DNA of 64,000 nt. Origin: Octopus vulgaris (lineage: Eukaryota). Below the pieces are notes generated by a model, which worked only from the letters and a program-made list of their open reading frames with translations, did not search any database and was not told the DNA's origin. The DNA is taken from positions 140,616,001-140,680,000 of the forward strand of contig OX597816.1 in NCBI GenBank assembly GCA_951406725.2, in the 5' to 3' direction. A program made the translations under genes and the position numbers. Below are positions 52,071-64,000 of this stretch, in pieces; the stretch's first letter is position 1; each line of letters begins with the position of its first letter.

Positions 52071-53214
52071 TCTTCAGCACAGCGAATTGCCAATTATCTC
52101 TTCTGAGGGGTATAGTAGACAACATAATACTTTCATTCATCTGAAGCCTAATGTTCCAAAAGTCAAAGGGCCAAGGAAATACAAGAAAAAAGGCAGCACA
52201 GGCTCCAATATCAGAGACAATGAAATGCCATGGAAACATAAGAGCAACGAGAAGTAAAACTTCAGTTTGAAACAACCAGGCAAGCCCACTTGAGGGAACA
52301 AAACACTTGAGCAGAAACAACAGAGATTGGAGTCTCAAGCCAGTAGAAAAGCCTGCTTCAGAAAACAAGTGTTGGAATTTAGACCTTTTCTTCCCAAAGA
52401 GTGATGATTAGCAGCCTTTAACTACAATCTGAAATATGGCCATTATAATAGATGCCTTATGAATACATTTGAGTACAGTAGAGACTGGGGTAAAAACCAA
52501 GTGACTGCTAGTATATATGTTCATGAACAACAACTCACTCACTTGCTCTTTCTTGAATCAACAGCTAAGTTATTATTATTATTATTATTTAAATGTGACT
52601 GAGTCAATGAATCTAGGATTCCTCCATTTCTTTCAATATCTAGTTGCAAAGGCCACATGTAATTTGATTTCAATTTCAGCCAGACTCCTCCTCTCATTGC
52701 AAAATGGTTATGCAATAAATTTAATGATTAAAATGTACATGTATATTAATTTTGTATTAATATTTTAATGATAATAATAATTATTATTATTAAATTCTAC
52801 AGCTTTTCTTCTGATCCCATCTAGCTATGTGGTGCGTAAACTTAGTTTTCACAAGGCCTGTGCTCAACATCCATTTTGCACACCCGTTGTGCCCACCTAC
52901 CTTCCACCAACATTTTAATTCATATATTAACATTTTCACCTGGTAACTCATACATTTCCTGTGCTGTGTGTGTGACTACATATTTTCATTATATATCTTA
53001 TGCCCTCATATAGGTGCCCTGATGAATGTCACATACAGTTAAAGGTACCTCATGTATAAATATTTAGGCATATACTTAAACTGGCCTATGTAACCACCCT
53101 ATTTCATAGCCACTTGTTAGCTCTCGCTCTAGATGTTGGATGAGGTGGGGGAAACTGATTTATTGTAATTCACTGAATGTACCAAAGCTCTATGCTAGCT
53201 GGTAAGTATTTTTG

Positions 53215-53820
53215 CTGCCACCATTCTCAAGTACTCAATCTCAAGGCTGCTACCATCAATGTTGGCACAATGAAAGGAAGGAATGGGGAGATGATTGAAG
53301 TGTTGGAGCAATGCCATGTTGTGTTTAGTGTGGAAGAAGTAAGATGGAGGGGAACTTCAGCTAGATTCCTCATGGGTAAGTGACAGAGATTCAAAGTGCA
53401 TGGGGGCTATGGTTTTGGACCTTGAAATGAGGAGAGAACAAGACTGCTGGAGTTCTGTGATGCAAATGATCTGATGATCTACAACACTAACTTCAAAAAG
53501 CCAGCCAGCTACCCAATCACTTATCAGTCTGGTGAGCACATAAGCCAGATTGACTACCTCCTCACCTGGCAACAAGATAGATGGATGCTTAAAAATGCAA
53601 AGTCTTTCCTAGGTGAAGAGTATACAACCCAACATGAGTTACTGGTTAGTGAATTCAGAATTAGAGCTAGAAAGACTCAGAGAAATAAACCAATCTCGAA
53701 AAGAAGACTATGGAAGCTCAAAGACCCAGCAAACAGTCAAAAATTTAGAGATTTACTAATGGAAGTTTCTGACAAAAGAGAGGAAGAATTGGGGACATAT
53801 AGGTTAGAGGACAATTGGAC
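53215..53820 (+). mobile_element. RTE AP-endonuclease fragment
   Basis: ATINVGTMKGR, EEVRWRG and NTNFKKPASYPITYQSGEHISQIDYLL. Confidence 0.85.
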
Positions 53821-54835
53821 AGTGAGGAGGAGGGGTTAGGAGAATAGACACAGGTAATGGTGGTGGGAGAAGGGATATCCAGTGTAGATAGTTGGAAAGA
53901 AAGAGATATCTGGTATTGATGGTGAGGGTGGGTGCAACGTGAAGAAGCAAAGTTTGGTGTGGGGACAGAAGGACGAAAATAATGGTAATAAGAATGAGAT
54001 TAAGCAGGTTGAGAAAATGAAGAGAAACAGGTAATTATAATTATCTTAACAAAATTATATATATTGTATATATGTATAATAAGAGATAAAGCTGAAAATA
54101 GTTGAAGTAAAATTACAATGAAAGTCATGCTAAAAAGAAGAAAAATATATTTATACCCAAATAAAGCTCCATAAACATTTTCTGAACTGGTTTTTATCTG
54201 GTACATCTAATTAAGACAATTTTCCCAGCATTTAGACACACACTGGTTCTTCTTTTAAACCTTTTGTGATTACTTCCTTGTTCAGTTATATGATTTGTTT
54301 GTGAGAACAAATTTTTTTTTATAGTGGTTAGATCTATTCTAATAAGATAACTGCTTCCCAGGAGCTAGCGGTTTACTCTCTAAGGATTGTTTCTTAATGA
54401 TTTATTCAGATTTTGTTCTGTTTATTTTCTTATAATTTTGCTATTTTGAATCTCAAAAGCTTTTGTTAAGGCTTCAGCATACTCTCACAAATAAGCATTA
54501 AGATACTAAGTTACAAATTTAAACAGATGGCAGAAAATTATGTGACGTACATGCTTTCCTTCAGTACCAACCCTAGATAAACTGGATCCAACAGGAAATA
54601 CATTAGTTGAAAAATTCATCACCATTACCACCTACTACTACTACTTCTACTTCTACTACTACTTCAATGACTCTGACAAAACTGATATCTCATCTTTAGG
54701 TCGTTAAATTTTTCTCAACTGATCAATGAGCCTATTGACTAAAACAATAACAAACGTATCATGACAATGGAAAACAGCTGTAAGTCAAAATTACTACAAT
54801 GATGTATTATGTAATGACCATTATTTATGCCTTGT

Positions 54836-54873
<38 letters not shown>

Positions 54874-55092
54874 TGATTGTTATGGCCAGTCAACCTTCTA
54901 TAAATATATTACTGGTCTAATGTTTTAGAGTGTGCTTCTTTTTCGGATATACAAACTACTGATGATATATGTATGTATGTATGTATGTGTTGTGGTTAAG
55001 TGTGTATGTAAACAAATACGTAAACCGATTCATAATTGAAAAGAATTTATTTACAGGACTTGTGTGTGTGTGGTTCATTCGAAACAGTAGTG

Positions 55093-55278
55093 CAGTGGTT
55101 CCCAAACGTTTTAGAGTCGCGACCCACTATTTATCACACCAGTTTATGACGACCCACTTGAAGTCTTGAACTATCTCAATAGACAGCAGTTAATCAAAGC
55201 TAATGCGCAATTTTATAACTTTTTGTGACCCACTAAGATTCCGTTCGTGGGTCGCGACTCATAGTTTGGGAACCACTA
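55093..55278. mobile_element. hAT MITE with an 8-bp TSD
   Basis: cagtagtg|cagtggttcccaaac...gtttgggaaccacta|cagtagtg, with an internal inverted gtcgcgacccac. Confidence 0.92.
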
Positions 55279-55781
55279 CAGTAGTGTATCGGCACTTCAA
55301 ACATTTCTCTCTGTCCCTGCGGTCTGCCAAAACCTTGGGTCGTAGACAGATCTATCTCGTCTGTCTGCTTGCCTCTCTTGTTTCACCACGGTTTTATAAT
55401 ATTTGTGGCAGCTAGAAAGACAGACATACTGCAGCAGAGTTTGTACCTAAATCGGTCAGTGCCTGACATGCTGGGGTCGCAGGTCAAAGGGAGATGATTA
55501 ATCAATTTTTGACAAGACAAAGAAAACCTTTTTTCACGCCTGTTGATCATCGTGGTTTGGAGGACCGAGAATTCTTGGATTCGGTTTCGAATCTAGGCTT
55601 GGAGAAGGAAGTGTTAATTCTTACATATGTATGTATGTATGTATGTATGTACGTATGTATGTATGTGTGTATGTATGCATGTATGTGTGTATGTATGTAT
55701 GTATGTGTGTGTGTGTGTGTATTTGTGTTTGTATGTACATGTGTATGTATATATGTATGTATGTATATATATATATATATA

Positions 55782-56160
55782 TGGTGGAGGCGCAATGGCC
55801 CAATGGTTAGGGCAGCGGACTCGTGGCCATAGGATCATGGTTTTGACTCCCAGACCAGGCATTGTGAGTGTTTATTAGCAAAAACACATAAAGCTCCACG
55901 AGGCTCTGGCAGGGGGTGGTGGCGAACTCAGCTGTACTCTTTCACCACAACTTTCTCTTTTTCTTCCTGTTTCTGTTGTACCTGTATTTCAAAAGGACCA
56001 GCCTCGTCACACTCTGTATCATGCTGAATCTCTCTGAGAACTACATTAAGCGTACACATGTCTGTGGAGTGTTCAGCCACTTACACGTTAATTTCACGAG
56101 CAGGCTGTTCCGTTGATTGGATCAACTGGAACCCTTGATGTCATAACTGGTAGAGTACCA
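55782..56160 (+). mobile_element. tRNA-derived SINE (same family as 3144) in (TA)n
   Basis: High similarity to 3144-3460. Confidence 0.85.
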
Positions 56161-56677
56161 TAGTATATATGTATATATATATATATGTGTGTGTGTATAT
56201 ATATATATATATATGCATGTATGTATGTATATATATGTATATACAGGTTGTCATCAACTTACAATCTATCCAACTTATGACTAATTGACTTAACGACAAT
56301 TGGTGCGCCAGCTCCCAGCAGCAATAATATATAGTCCAGTTGAAATCTAATGAGTTTAATTTCTTAGAAATTTCTTAGAATTTATCTTATTGACAAGTTG
56401 TTTAAGGAAAGCATTCTTAGGTGGAATGGGAATATCCTTCAGAGATGTGTTAATATTAAATAACTCCATATGCTGTTACTATTTTGTTAGCAGGTTATAA
56501 ATAAACCTGATTAAAGTATATATAAATTGATGAATGTATTTTTCCCTTGTTAACAATTAACATGGAAAAAATAGATAAATAGTTACCAGGGTAGCAAAAT
56601 ATCACACAAGTAAAGAGGTTGTAACTCCTTGTTTTTAAAGGTAGAAACTTCGGGTTTATGTGGAATTTTTTGTATAA

Positions 56678-56850
56678 TCTATATATATAAAACTGAGAAT
56701 GTGTGTCTGTCTGTCTCTGTGAATCCCTAAAACTTGAGAACTACACAACCAATTTCATTCAAATTTTACACATGCCTTCCTTAGGGTCCATGTAGTGTCA
56801 TGGGCAAAAACTCTTTGCCTAGAGCGAGACCATAGCAATATCATATCTTC
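56678..56850 (+). mobile_element. Helitron-like non-autonomous 5' end
   Basis: a|TCtatatatataaaa start followed by (gtct)n. A partial second copy lies at 59097-59181. Confidence 0.6.
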
Positions 56851-56927
56851 TCCACACCACTGGTTTTAAATTCATATTAATCAAATTAATATTCAATTTT
56901 TCACCCTTATTATTTTAAATTTAAATT

Positions 56928-56987
<60 letters not shown>

Positions 56988-57424
56988 TAATATAATAAGG
57001 GTAAATAATAGTTTTAATGGTTTTTAAAAAACCAACAATTATTTACTGGTAGATTTCGGCATGTAAATATAACCATTAGCGGTAGGAATTCGTAAATAAC
57101 CATTAGACTTTGTTTTCATTATTTCTTCCTTCTGCTTTGCATATGTGAATTACAGGGATATGTTGTATGTGGAGTCTTATTTGTAGAAAATAGAAATAAA
57201 CAGTTTTTGACTGCTATTTCTAATTTTTTTGGTATGTCGCTAAGCAACCTGTTGCCTGCCTTTTTTATTTATATACAAAAAAATATATATTGAGCTTTTA
57301 TAGAAGTTCCTACCGTTAATGGTTATATATATATGTGACCTCGTGAAGACCACTTGCATTTTTTTTCCCTCTGTCCTCCCACCTCGGGATCTTTCTTTCT
57401 CCTATTTCTTCTGCTTTAAATAAA

Positions 57425-57472
<48 letters not shown>

Positions 57473-57479
57473 ATGTATA

Positions 57480-58822
57480 CATCATCATCATCATCTTTTA
57501 GCATCCGCTTTCCATGCTAGCATGGGTTGGATGGTTCAACTGGGGTCTGGGAAGCCAGAAAGCTGCACCAGGCCCAGTCTGATCTGGCAATGTTTCTATG
57601 GCTGGATGCCCTTTCTAACGCCAACCACTCCGTGAGTGTAGTGGGTGCTTTTTACGTGCCACCGGCACAGTTGCCAGACGAGTCTGGCAAATGGCCACGA
57701 TCGGATGGTGCTTTTTATGTGCCACCGGCATGGGGGCCAGGTGGGGCTGGCAACGGCCATGAACGGATGGTGCTTTTTATGTGCCACCGGCATGAGGCCA
57801 GTCGGGGCAGTGCTGGCAATGGCCACATTTGGATGGTTCTCTCACGTGCCACCGGCACTGGTATCTCAGCTGCAATTTCCATTGATCGATTTCGATTCTG
57901 ATTCTGATTCTCACTTGCCTCAACAGGTCTTCACAAGTAGAGTTTTGTGTCCCAAGAAGGGAAGGTATGCATAAGTGGACTGGCTACATCCCGTGTAGAA
58001 GGCCACGGGTTATGGTCTCACTTGTCCTGCCGGGTCTTCTCACGCACAGCATACTTCCAGAGGTCTCGGTCTCTAGTCATTTCCTCAGTGAGACCTAAAG
58101 TTCGAAGGTCGTGCTTCACCACCTCGTCCCAGGTTTTCCTGGGTCTGCCTCTTCCACAGGTTCCCTCAACCGCTAGGGTGTGGCACTTTTTCACACAACT
58201 ATCTTCATCCATTCTCGCCACATGACCATACCAGCGCAAACGTCTCTCTTGCACACCACATCTGATGCTTCTTAGGTCCAGCTTTTCTCTCAAGGTACTT
58301 ACACTCTGTCGAGTATGAACACTGACATTACACATCCATCGGAGCATACTGGCTTCATTTCTTGCGAGCTTACGCATATCCTCAGCAGTCATGGCCCATG
58401 TTTCACTTCCATGTAGCATGGTTGTTCGTACACACGCGTCATACAGTCTGCCTTTTGCTCTGAGCAAGAGGCCTTTTGTCACCAGCAGAGGTAAGAGCTC
58501 TCTGAACTTTGCCCAAGCTATTCTTACTCTAGCAGTTACACTTTCAGCACACCCACCCCCGCTACTGACTTGGTCACCTAGGTAACGGAAGCTATCAACT
58601 ATTTCTAGTTTTTCTCCCTGGAAAGTGACAGAAGTTGGTCTCAGAGCATTTCCAGTGTTTATTGTTCCTGAGCATCTGCCACATACAAAAACTATCTTCC
58701 CAGTTAGCCTTCCTTTGACATTGCTGCACCTCTTATGTGTCCATAACTTACACTTGGTCCATTTTATAGAGTTTCTACCTACACCTTTTCTACAGATCGA
58801 GCAGGGCCATCTACCTGAAGGC
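57480..58822 (-). mobile_element. Young 5'-truncated RTE LINE: open RT C-terminus with a PHD-like finger (58018-58822), 3'UTR and (GAT)n tail
   Basis: About 267 uninterrupted codons including CSIC..WTHKRC..CGRC, SFRYLG, LHGSETW and RLRWYGHV. The tail abuts (TA)n. Confidence 0.93.
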
Positions 58823-59279
58823 GTATATGTATAGCTCTATATGTATACATGTATATGTATAGATGTATAAGTATACATGTATGTGTAGTTGTATATATAT
58901 ATATATAGATGTACATGTAATATGTACACATATATATATACATATATACACCCATGCACACATACACACACACACACCCACACACACACATACATAAGTG
59001 CAGGTGTGGCTGTGTGGTAAGAAATTTGGTTCCAAAACACATGGTCCTGAGTTCAATCCCACTGTGTGGTAACTTGGCATGTGTTTTCTGCTATACCTGT
59101 CTGTCTGTGTGAATCCCTAAAACTTGAGAACTACACAACCAATTACATTCAAAATTTACACATGCCTTACTTAGGGTCCATGCTAGAAGATTGGTTATGG
59201 TCTTATATGCTACACCACTGGTTTTAAATTCAATTTAATCAAATTAATATTCAATTTTTCACCCTTATTATTTTAAATT

Positions 59280-59351
<72 letters not shown>

Positions 59352-59375
59352 TACATATAGATATATATATATATA

Positions 59376-59805
59376 TCATCATCATCATCATCATCATTGT
59401 TTAGCATCCGTTTTCCATGCTAGCATGGGTTGGACGGTTCTACTGGGGTCTGTGAAGCCAGAAGGCTTCATCAGGCCCAGTCAAATCTGGCAGTGTTTCT
59501 ACGGCTGGATGCCCTTCCTAACGCCAACCACTCCATGAGTGTAGTGGGTGCTTTTTACGTGCCACCCGCACAGGTGCCAGACAGAGCTGGCAAATGGCCA
59601 TGAACGGATGGTGCTTTTTGTGTGCCACTGGCACGAGGGCCAGGCGAGGCTGGCAACAGATACGAACGGATGGTGCTTTTTACGTGCCACCAGCACAAGG
59701 CCAGTCGGGGCAGTGCTGGCAACGGTCGGGAAACGGAAGGTTCTCTTACATGCCACCGGCACTGGTAACACATCTGCAATTTCCATTGATCGATTTCGAT
59801 TCTGA
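59376..59805 (-). mobile_element. RTE 3'UTR-only copy between (TA)n tracts
   Basis: Collinear with 57480-57900. Confidence 0.9.
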
Positions 59806-59808
59806 TCC

Positions 59809-59841
<33 letters not shown>

Positions 59842-59877
59842 TATAATATATATGTATATATATAATATATATATATA

Positions 59878-59915
<38 letters not shown>

Positions 59916-60246
59916 ATTACAAATTGAGATAGGGGTTGTGCGTGCAACCCACCATGGGATAACATATATCCAATATACTGCCAGTAAAGCACCCAACAAA
60001 GTTAATACATAAATGTTAAGAATTGCGATGCAATTAATTCATTTATTGTATTATATGGGCGAAGGTAAAATGTTTTACCACAAATTCATAATACAAAATA
60101 AGAAATTATGTATATACGTGTGTATATATATATATAGGTGCATGTGTATATACACTTATATGTATGTGTATATTATGTTATGTACTTGTACTCATTCTTG
60201 TATAGGTGTACCTTCTCTGATATTCATATTTGGATTGTACTTTATA

Positions 60247-60373
60247 ATCTCTGAAGAGGCCTTGGGATATATTTGTAAGTGTCTCATTTATAACTACATA
60301 ATTACTTATCACACCTGGCTAATATGAGCAAAATGAGATACTCATATCTGCATGGCTGAAACAGCTATAAGAT
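60247..60373 (+). ncRNA. Hammerhead ribozyme motif with a long stem II, in a pLTR-like element (about 59915-60587) flanked by (TA)n
   Basis: atct-CTGAAGA-GGCC...agtgtctcattt/aaatgagatact...GGCT-GAAA-CAGCT-ATA-agat; stem I ATCT/AGAT. Confidence 0.7.
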
Positions 60374-60876
60374 ATAGTTTATATTTATATTTATATTTAT
60401 CTATATATATTTATTCATACATATTGTATTTATTGTATCATATTACTCATTGATGTGCACTGTTTTGTTCTGTACTATTATGTTTGATCTTGATGTTCAT
60501 ATGTAGTTGGTTAATAAATTATGTGAATGGGTATTATCTGGTAGTTGATTATTGATTAAGGTGTATTTCTCCATTTTCTTATTTCGTATAAATATATATA
60601 TATATATATATATATGGATTTCGTAGACAGGAACTGAAGCAAATCAATCATATCTATATGTATGTGTGTATATAACTGTATGTGTGTGTCTTTGTCTCTG
60701 TGTTTTGCCCTCATCACTGCTTCACAACTGCTGTTCATTTATTTACATCCCCATAACTTACTGGTTTCACAAGAACAAACTAATAGAATAAGTACTAGGC
60801 TTACCAACATAAAGAAAACCACTTGGCTGTGTCTCATATTTTTGTTTTCCCACTCAGTTGTATCTATCAATTTATC

Positions 60877-60878
<2 letters not shown>

Positions 60879-60951
<73 letters not shown>
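60879..60951. repeat. (GT)n microsatellite
   Basis: About 36 perfect units. Confidence 0.97.
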
Positions 60952-60953
<2 letters not shown>

Positions 60954-61829
60954 CACCCTAATGGGGGCCTTATCTCCCAAATTTTAGTCATTTCTTTTAT
61001 GATCCAAAACTAGGTCAAAATTACTGTGGATCTTTATGAAATTTGGAAATTATATTCTATGCATAAAGGCCATAACCCCCATGAGAATTCATATATTTTT
61101 GCTGTTGATGAAATTTTAACCATAGATATTAGACACAATTGAAGTAATATTTATAAAATTTCATCTTCTTACAAGTTAGAAAGACCCCCTCCATGGGAAC
61201 TTAACACCCACAATTTTGTCATTTTATCTAAGCAAATATGAATACAGTTGTACTCTTGGAAGCTGTAGGGTTACCCAAGCATAAAAGATGAGCATTATTT
61301 GTAATTCAATGGTACAACAGTGTAAGAGTTTACTCTGAGATATATTTAGATTGTGATTTCTGCAATGTGGTGCATAAATTGTCAAGTAAATGAGAGGCAT
61401 CTTTGCCTCCACTGATTCAGTTGCAAAGTGTTGAGTAAAGCTATATGATTGCAGACCTCCTTTCAGTCTTTTTATTATCACTGGGTCACACATAGTCCCC
61501 AGATGGTAACATTGATTTCAAGGCCTTCCCAGATGAGTGACTGGTTATTTAAAGACATATATAGATTGTAAATTTATTCTGTCCAGTTACCTGTCAGTGT
61601 AGTGGTCATTTGCAAACTCCAGAGGTGACACTTTCATTTCTCCTTAGCCCTCACGTCACACAGTTGTTAATGTTTATTTCAGTTGGGTCACACCCTTCCA
61701 ATCGCTATAGATTCATAATGAATCTTATGGCTGTGCCTGTCACCTGGATGGTGAGGAATCCTACATTGGGAGTGGTAACGACTAGGGTCGGGTAGCTGAC
61801 TGCTTATTGTGATCATTCATTTTTTGGTT

Positions 61830-62095
61830 TCCTGTAGCTTTGCTCTCTTTTACAAACCCAGTGAACATATATTTCCTATTTCAAAGAAATTCAAACAATA
61901 GATATAAGACCCAAGTTAAAAAGATTCTCAACAATTCAACAATTTTTTTAGGGTGTGTAAAGAGGGAAATAACCCTCATCTGCAATTTTGATGAAATTCG
62001 AAACATAGATATTCCACTTCATTACAGAAAATATAACAGAAAAGTCTATTTCTTCAATTGCATGTAACACGGGCAACGCCAGGTATCTTTGCTAG
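61830..62095 (+). mobile_element. Helitron 3' terminus
   Basis: cgggcaacgccagg hairpin then gCTAG|t, as at 47679-47705. The left boundary is uncertain. Confidence 0.65.
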
Positions 62096-62141
62096 TATAT
62101 AAATAAATGGAGTTTAACGCAGGTATAATTCAAATACTTTT

Positions 62142-62229
62142 ACTTCCGACACATGTTTTGAAGATTTCACTGATATTATTCCAAAGGAATAAATGGTGTA
62201 AAACAATGTAATCTTCTCTTCAGGGAAGT
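62142..62229 (-). ncRNA. Hammerhead motif of the adjacent Penelope element, with the core G12 mutated
   Basis: acttcc-CTGAAGA-GAAGATT...AATCTTC-AAAA-CATGT-GTC-ggaagt; 6-bp stem I, 7-bp stem II; GAAA reads AAAA. Confidence 0.75.
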
Positions 62230-62392
62230 GAAGAAATGAAACTCGTCAATAAGACATTTTAACAGAAAATGATGTATATGTATAGTGAAAGAGGAGGAAT
62301 ATTTTTTTAGTGAATGTTAAATATAAAAATAAAATTAATGTTTAAATTATATATAATGATAGAGATTACTTATATGAACTAAAGGTGTGTTT

Positions 62393-62737
62393 TTACCAAT
62401 GTTTACATTGGTATGCACGCTCTATAACCATGTTTACTAGGGGATTTTTAGAAAAAATAATGAAAAATAGTTCAGAATTACAGAGAAGACAGAATTCCTT
62501 GCCTTTGTCATAAGGTATCGAGATTGAGAGAATCAACCATTCTAAATTAAATTGTTCATTGTGGTCTTTTAGATCCCAAATTAATTTACTGAGCCCTGTA
62601 CTGTTACATTTATTCCTATCCCTAAATGTTGAGTAATGGATAGAAATTTTAGATAACAGTAACGACATGCTTTCGATGTAAAATCGTACTTTATTATGAG
62701 TACTTATTTTACTCTGGTATATAGAATTGAGGATGCT
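62393..62737 (-). mobile_element. Penelope-like retroelement GIY-YIG endonuclease fragment (Naiad-like)
   Basis: SIYQ...FYIE, STGLSKLIWDLKD and CLLCNSE...LVN...QCKH, followed by a pLTR hammerhead. Confidence 0.85.
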
Positions 62738-62759
62738 TTATTGTTCTTTTTATGAAGTG

Positions 62760-63330
62760 TTCTGTTCATTATGCCCCAGAGATGTTCAATAAAGTTCATA
62801 TCTGGTGACTGACTTGGCTATGAAAGCTTTTTAATGCAATTCCTTCCAACCAATCCTGGGTCTTTTTTGCTATGTAACAAGGAACACCATCTTCTGTAAT
62901 AATTTCACCACTGGAGAAGATTGGAAGGAATCTTTCCTGCAATATGGACACAAACTTATCTGAGTTTATGTTTCTCTCACACTCCACTGGCTCTGATTGA
63001 CCATTACTCCCCAGATCATCACAGAATAGCTGCTATGTTTCATTGTTGACTGCAATCTTTTCATGTCAAGTTCTTGACCACAGAGTCTCTAGACACACAT
63101 GTGACCACTGTTAGAAAATACATCAAATCTGGATTCATCAGAGAATATAACATTGTCCCAAAATGCTAGTGGCCTCTCCATCTTACTGGCGAAATCTTTT
63201 CTCTGCTTGGTATTGACTGGTTGAAGAAGTGGCTTCCTTCTTGCTGCTCTGCCACAGTAGGTAAATTTGTGGAGATACCTGACAGCTGTTCTGGGACTGA
63301 CATCAACTTGTCCTGCTATGTCAGTGGTTT
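62760..63330 (-). mobile_element. Tc1 transposase fragment
   Basis: ARRKPLL, WDNVIFSDESRF, EDGVPC and SQSPDMNFIEHLW. Confidence 0.88.
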
Positions 63331-63690
63331 GCAATGAGGATTATACTCTACACTTCTCTTAACACAGCAAAGGGTTATGTCAGAAGGCTCTGATTGACCT
63401 GCGTGAGGTGATGTGGACTCCTTCCCCTCTCCAGTGAATTGCACAATGACTATTAAATGTAGAAAGCAGGATCCCAAGCTTTTCTGTGATTTTATGCTAA
63501 GGATGACCTCCCTTTGCAAATACCTTAGGGCACAGAAAGTGTGCCCAAAGCCAGCTGGAGACGATGTTCTCCTGGGGCTAAAAGCTACAGTAACACCCAC
63601 CCTTAGTGGTTAGCCATATTGAGATGGCAAATATCCCTCACATTGTCGTGCAGTTACTGTTTATACCTCGTTCAGAGATTTATTATTGCT

Positions 63691-63722
<32 letters not shown>

Positions 63723-63813
63723 ACGAGTTTCAGGGAGGTTATCCGTATAAATCCATGGGGTGATTATAATCAAAATAAGCAACAAGAATAACTTCGGTTT
63801 GTTGCTTATTTTG

Positions 63814-63991
<178 letters not shown>

Positions 63992-64000
63992 CAACAAAAC

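Noticed and set aside
53010-53075. Another hammerhead (gtgcc-CTGATGA...ggcat)
   Set aside because: Stem I is plausible, but there is no GAAA and no clear stem II.
55494-55878. YIYI/CVCV/HTHT-rich ORFs here and at 1173, 8507, 15036, 58779, 60662 and 63806
   Set aside because: They are translations of microsatellites.

Overview
AT-rich, repeat-dense eukaryotic DNA. The SINE, LINE and microsatellite repertoire suggests an octopus or other coleoid cephalopod (inference). Two spliced genes can be rebuilt by hand on the + strand. The first is the 3' part of a PLEKHM1/PLEKHM3-like Rubicon-homology-domain gene (exons from about 5.4 to 24.9 kb). The second is a complete 5-exon POLR2D/RPB4 gene (38698-44589, 146 aa). 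Between them on the - strand are a decayed hAT (ZMYM1/DUF4371-type) transposase and a heavily decayed, apparently intron-containing DH+BAR RhoGEF (DNMBP/Tuba-like) pseudogene that the ORF track misses. The rest is RTE and CR1-like LINEs, tRNA-derived SINE arrays, mariner, Tc1, pogo, hAT, piggyBac-like and Merlin-like elements, Helitron pieces and a Penelope GIY-YIG fragment. The most notable non-coding signal is a set of about 9 minimal type-I hammerhead ribozyme motifs of the Penelope pseudo-LTR kind. Several lie in long fold-back repeats, and one is joined to a tRNA-like segment and bounded by a 13-bp target-site duplication. All calls were read by eye without alignment tools, so the ends of decayed repeats are approximate.
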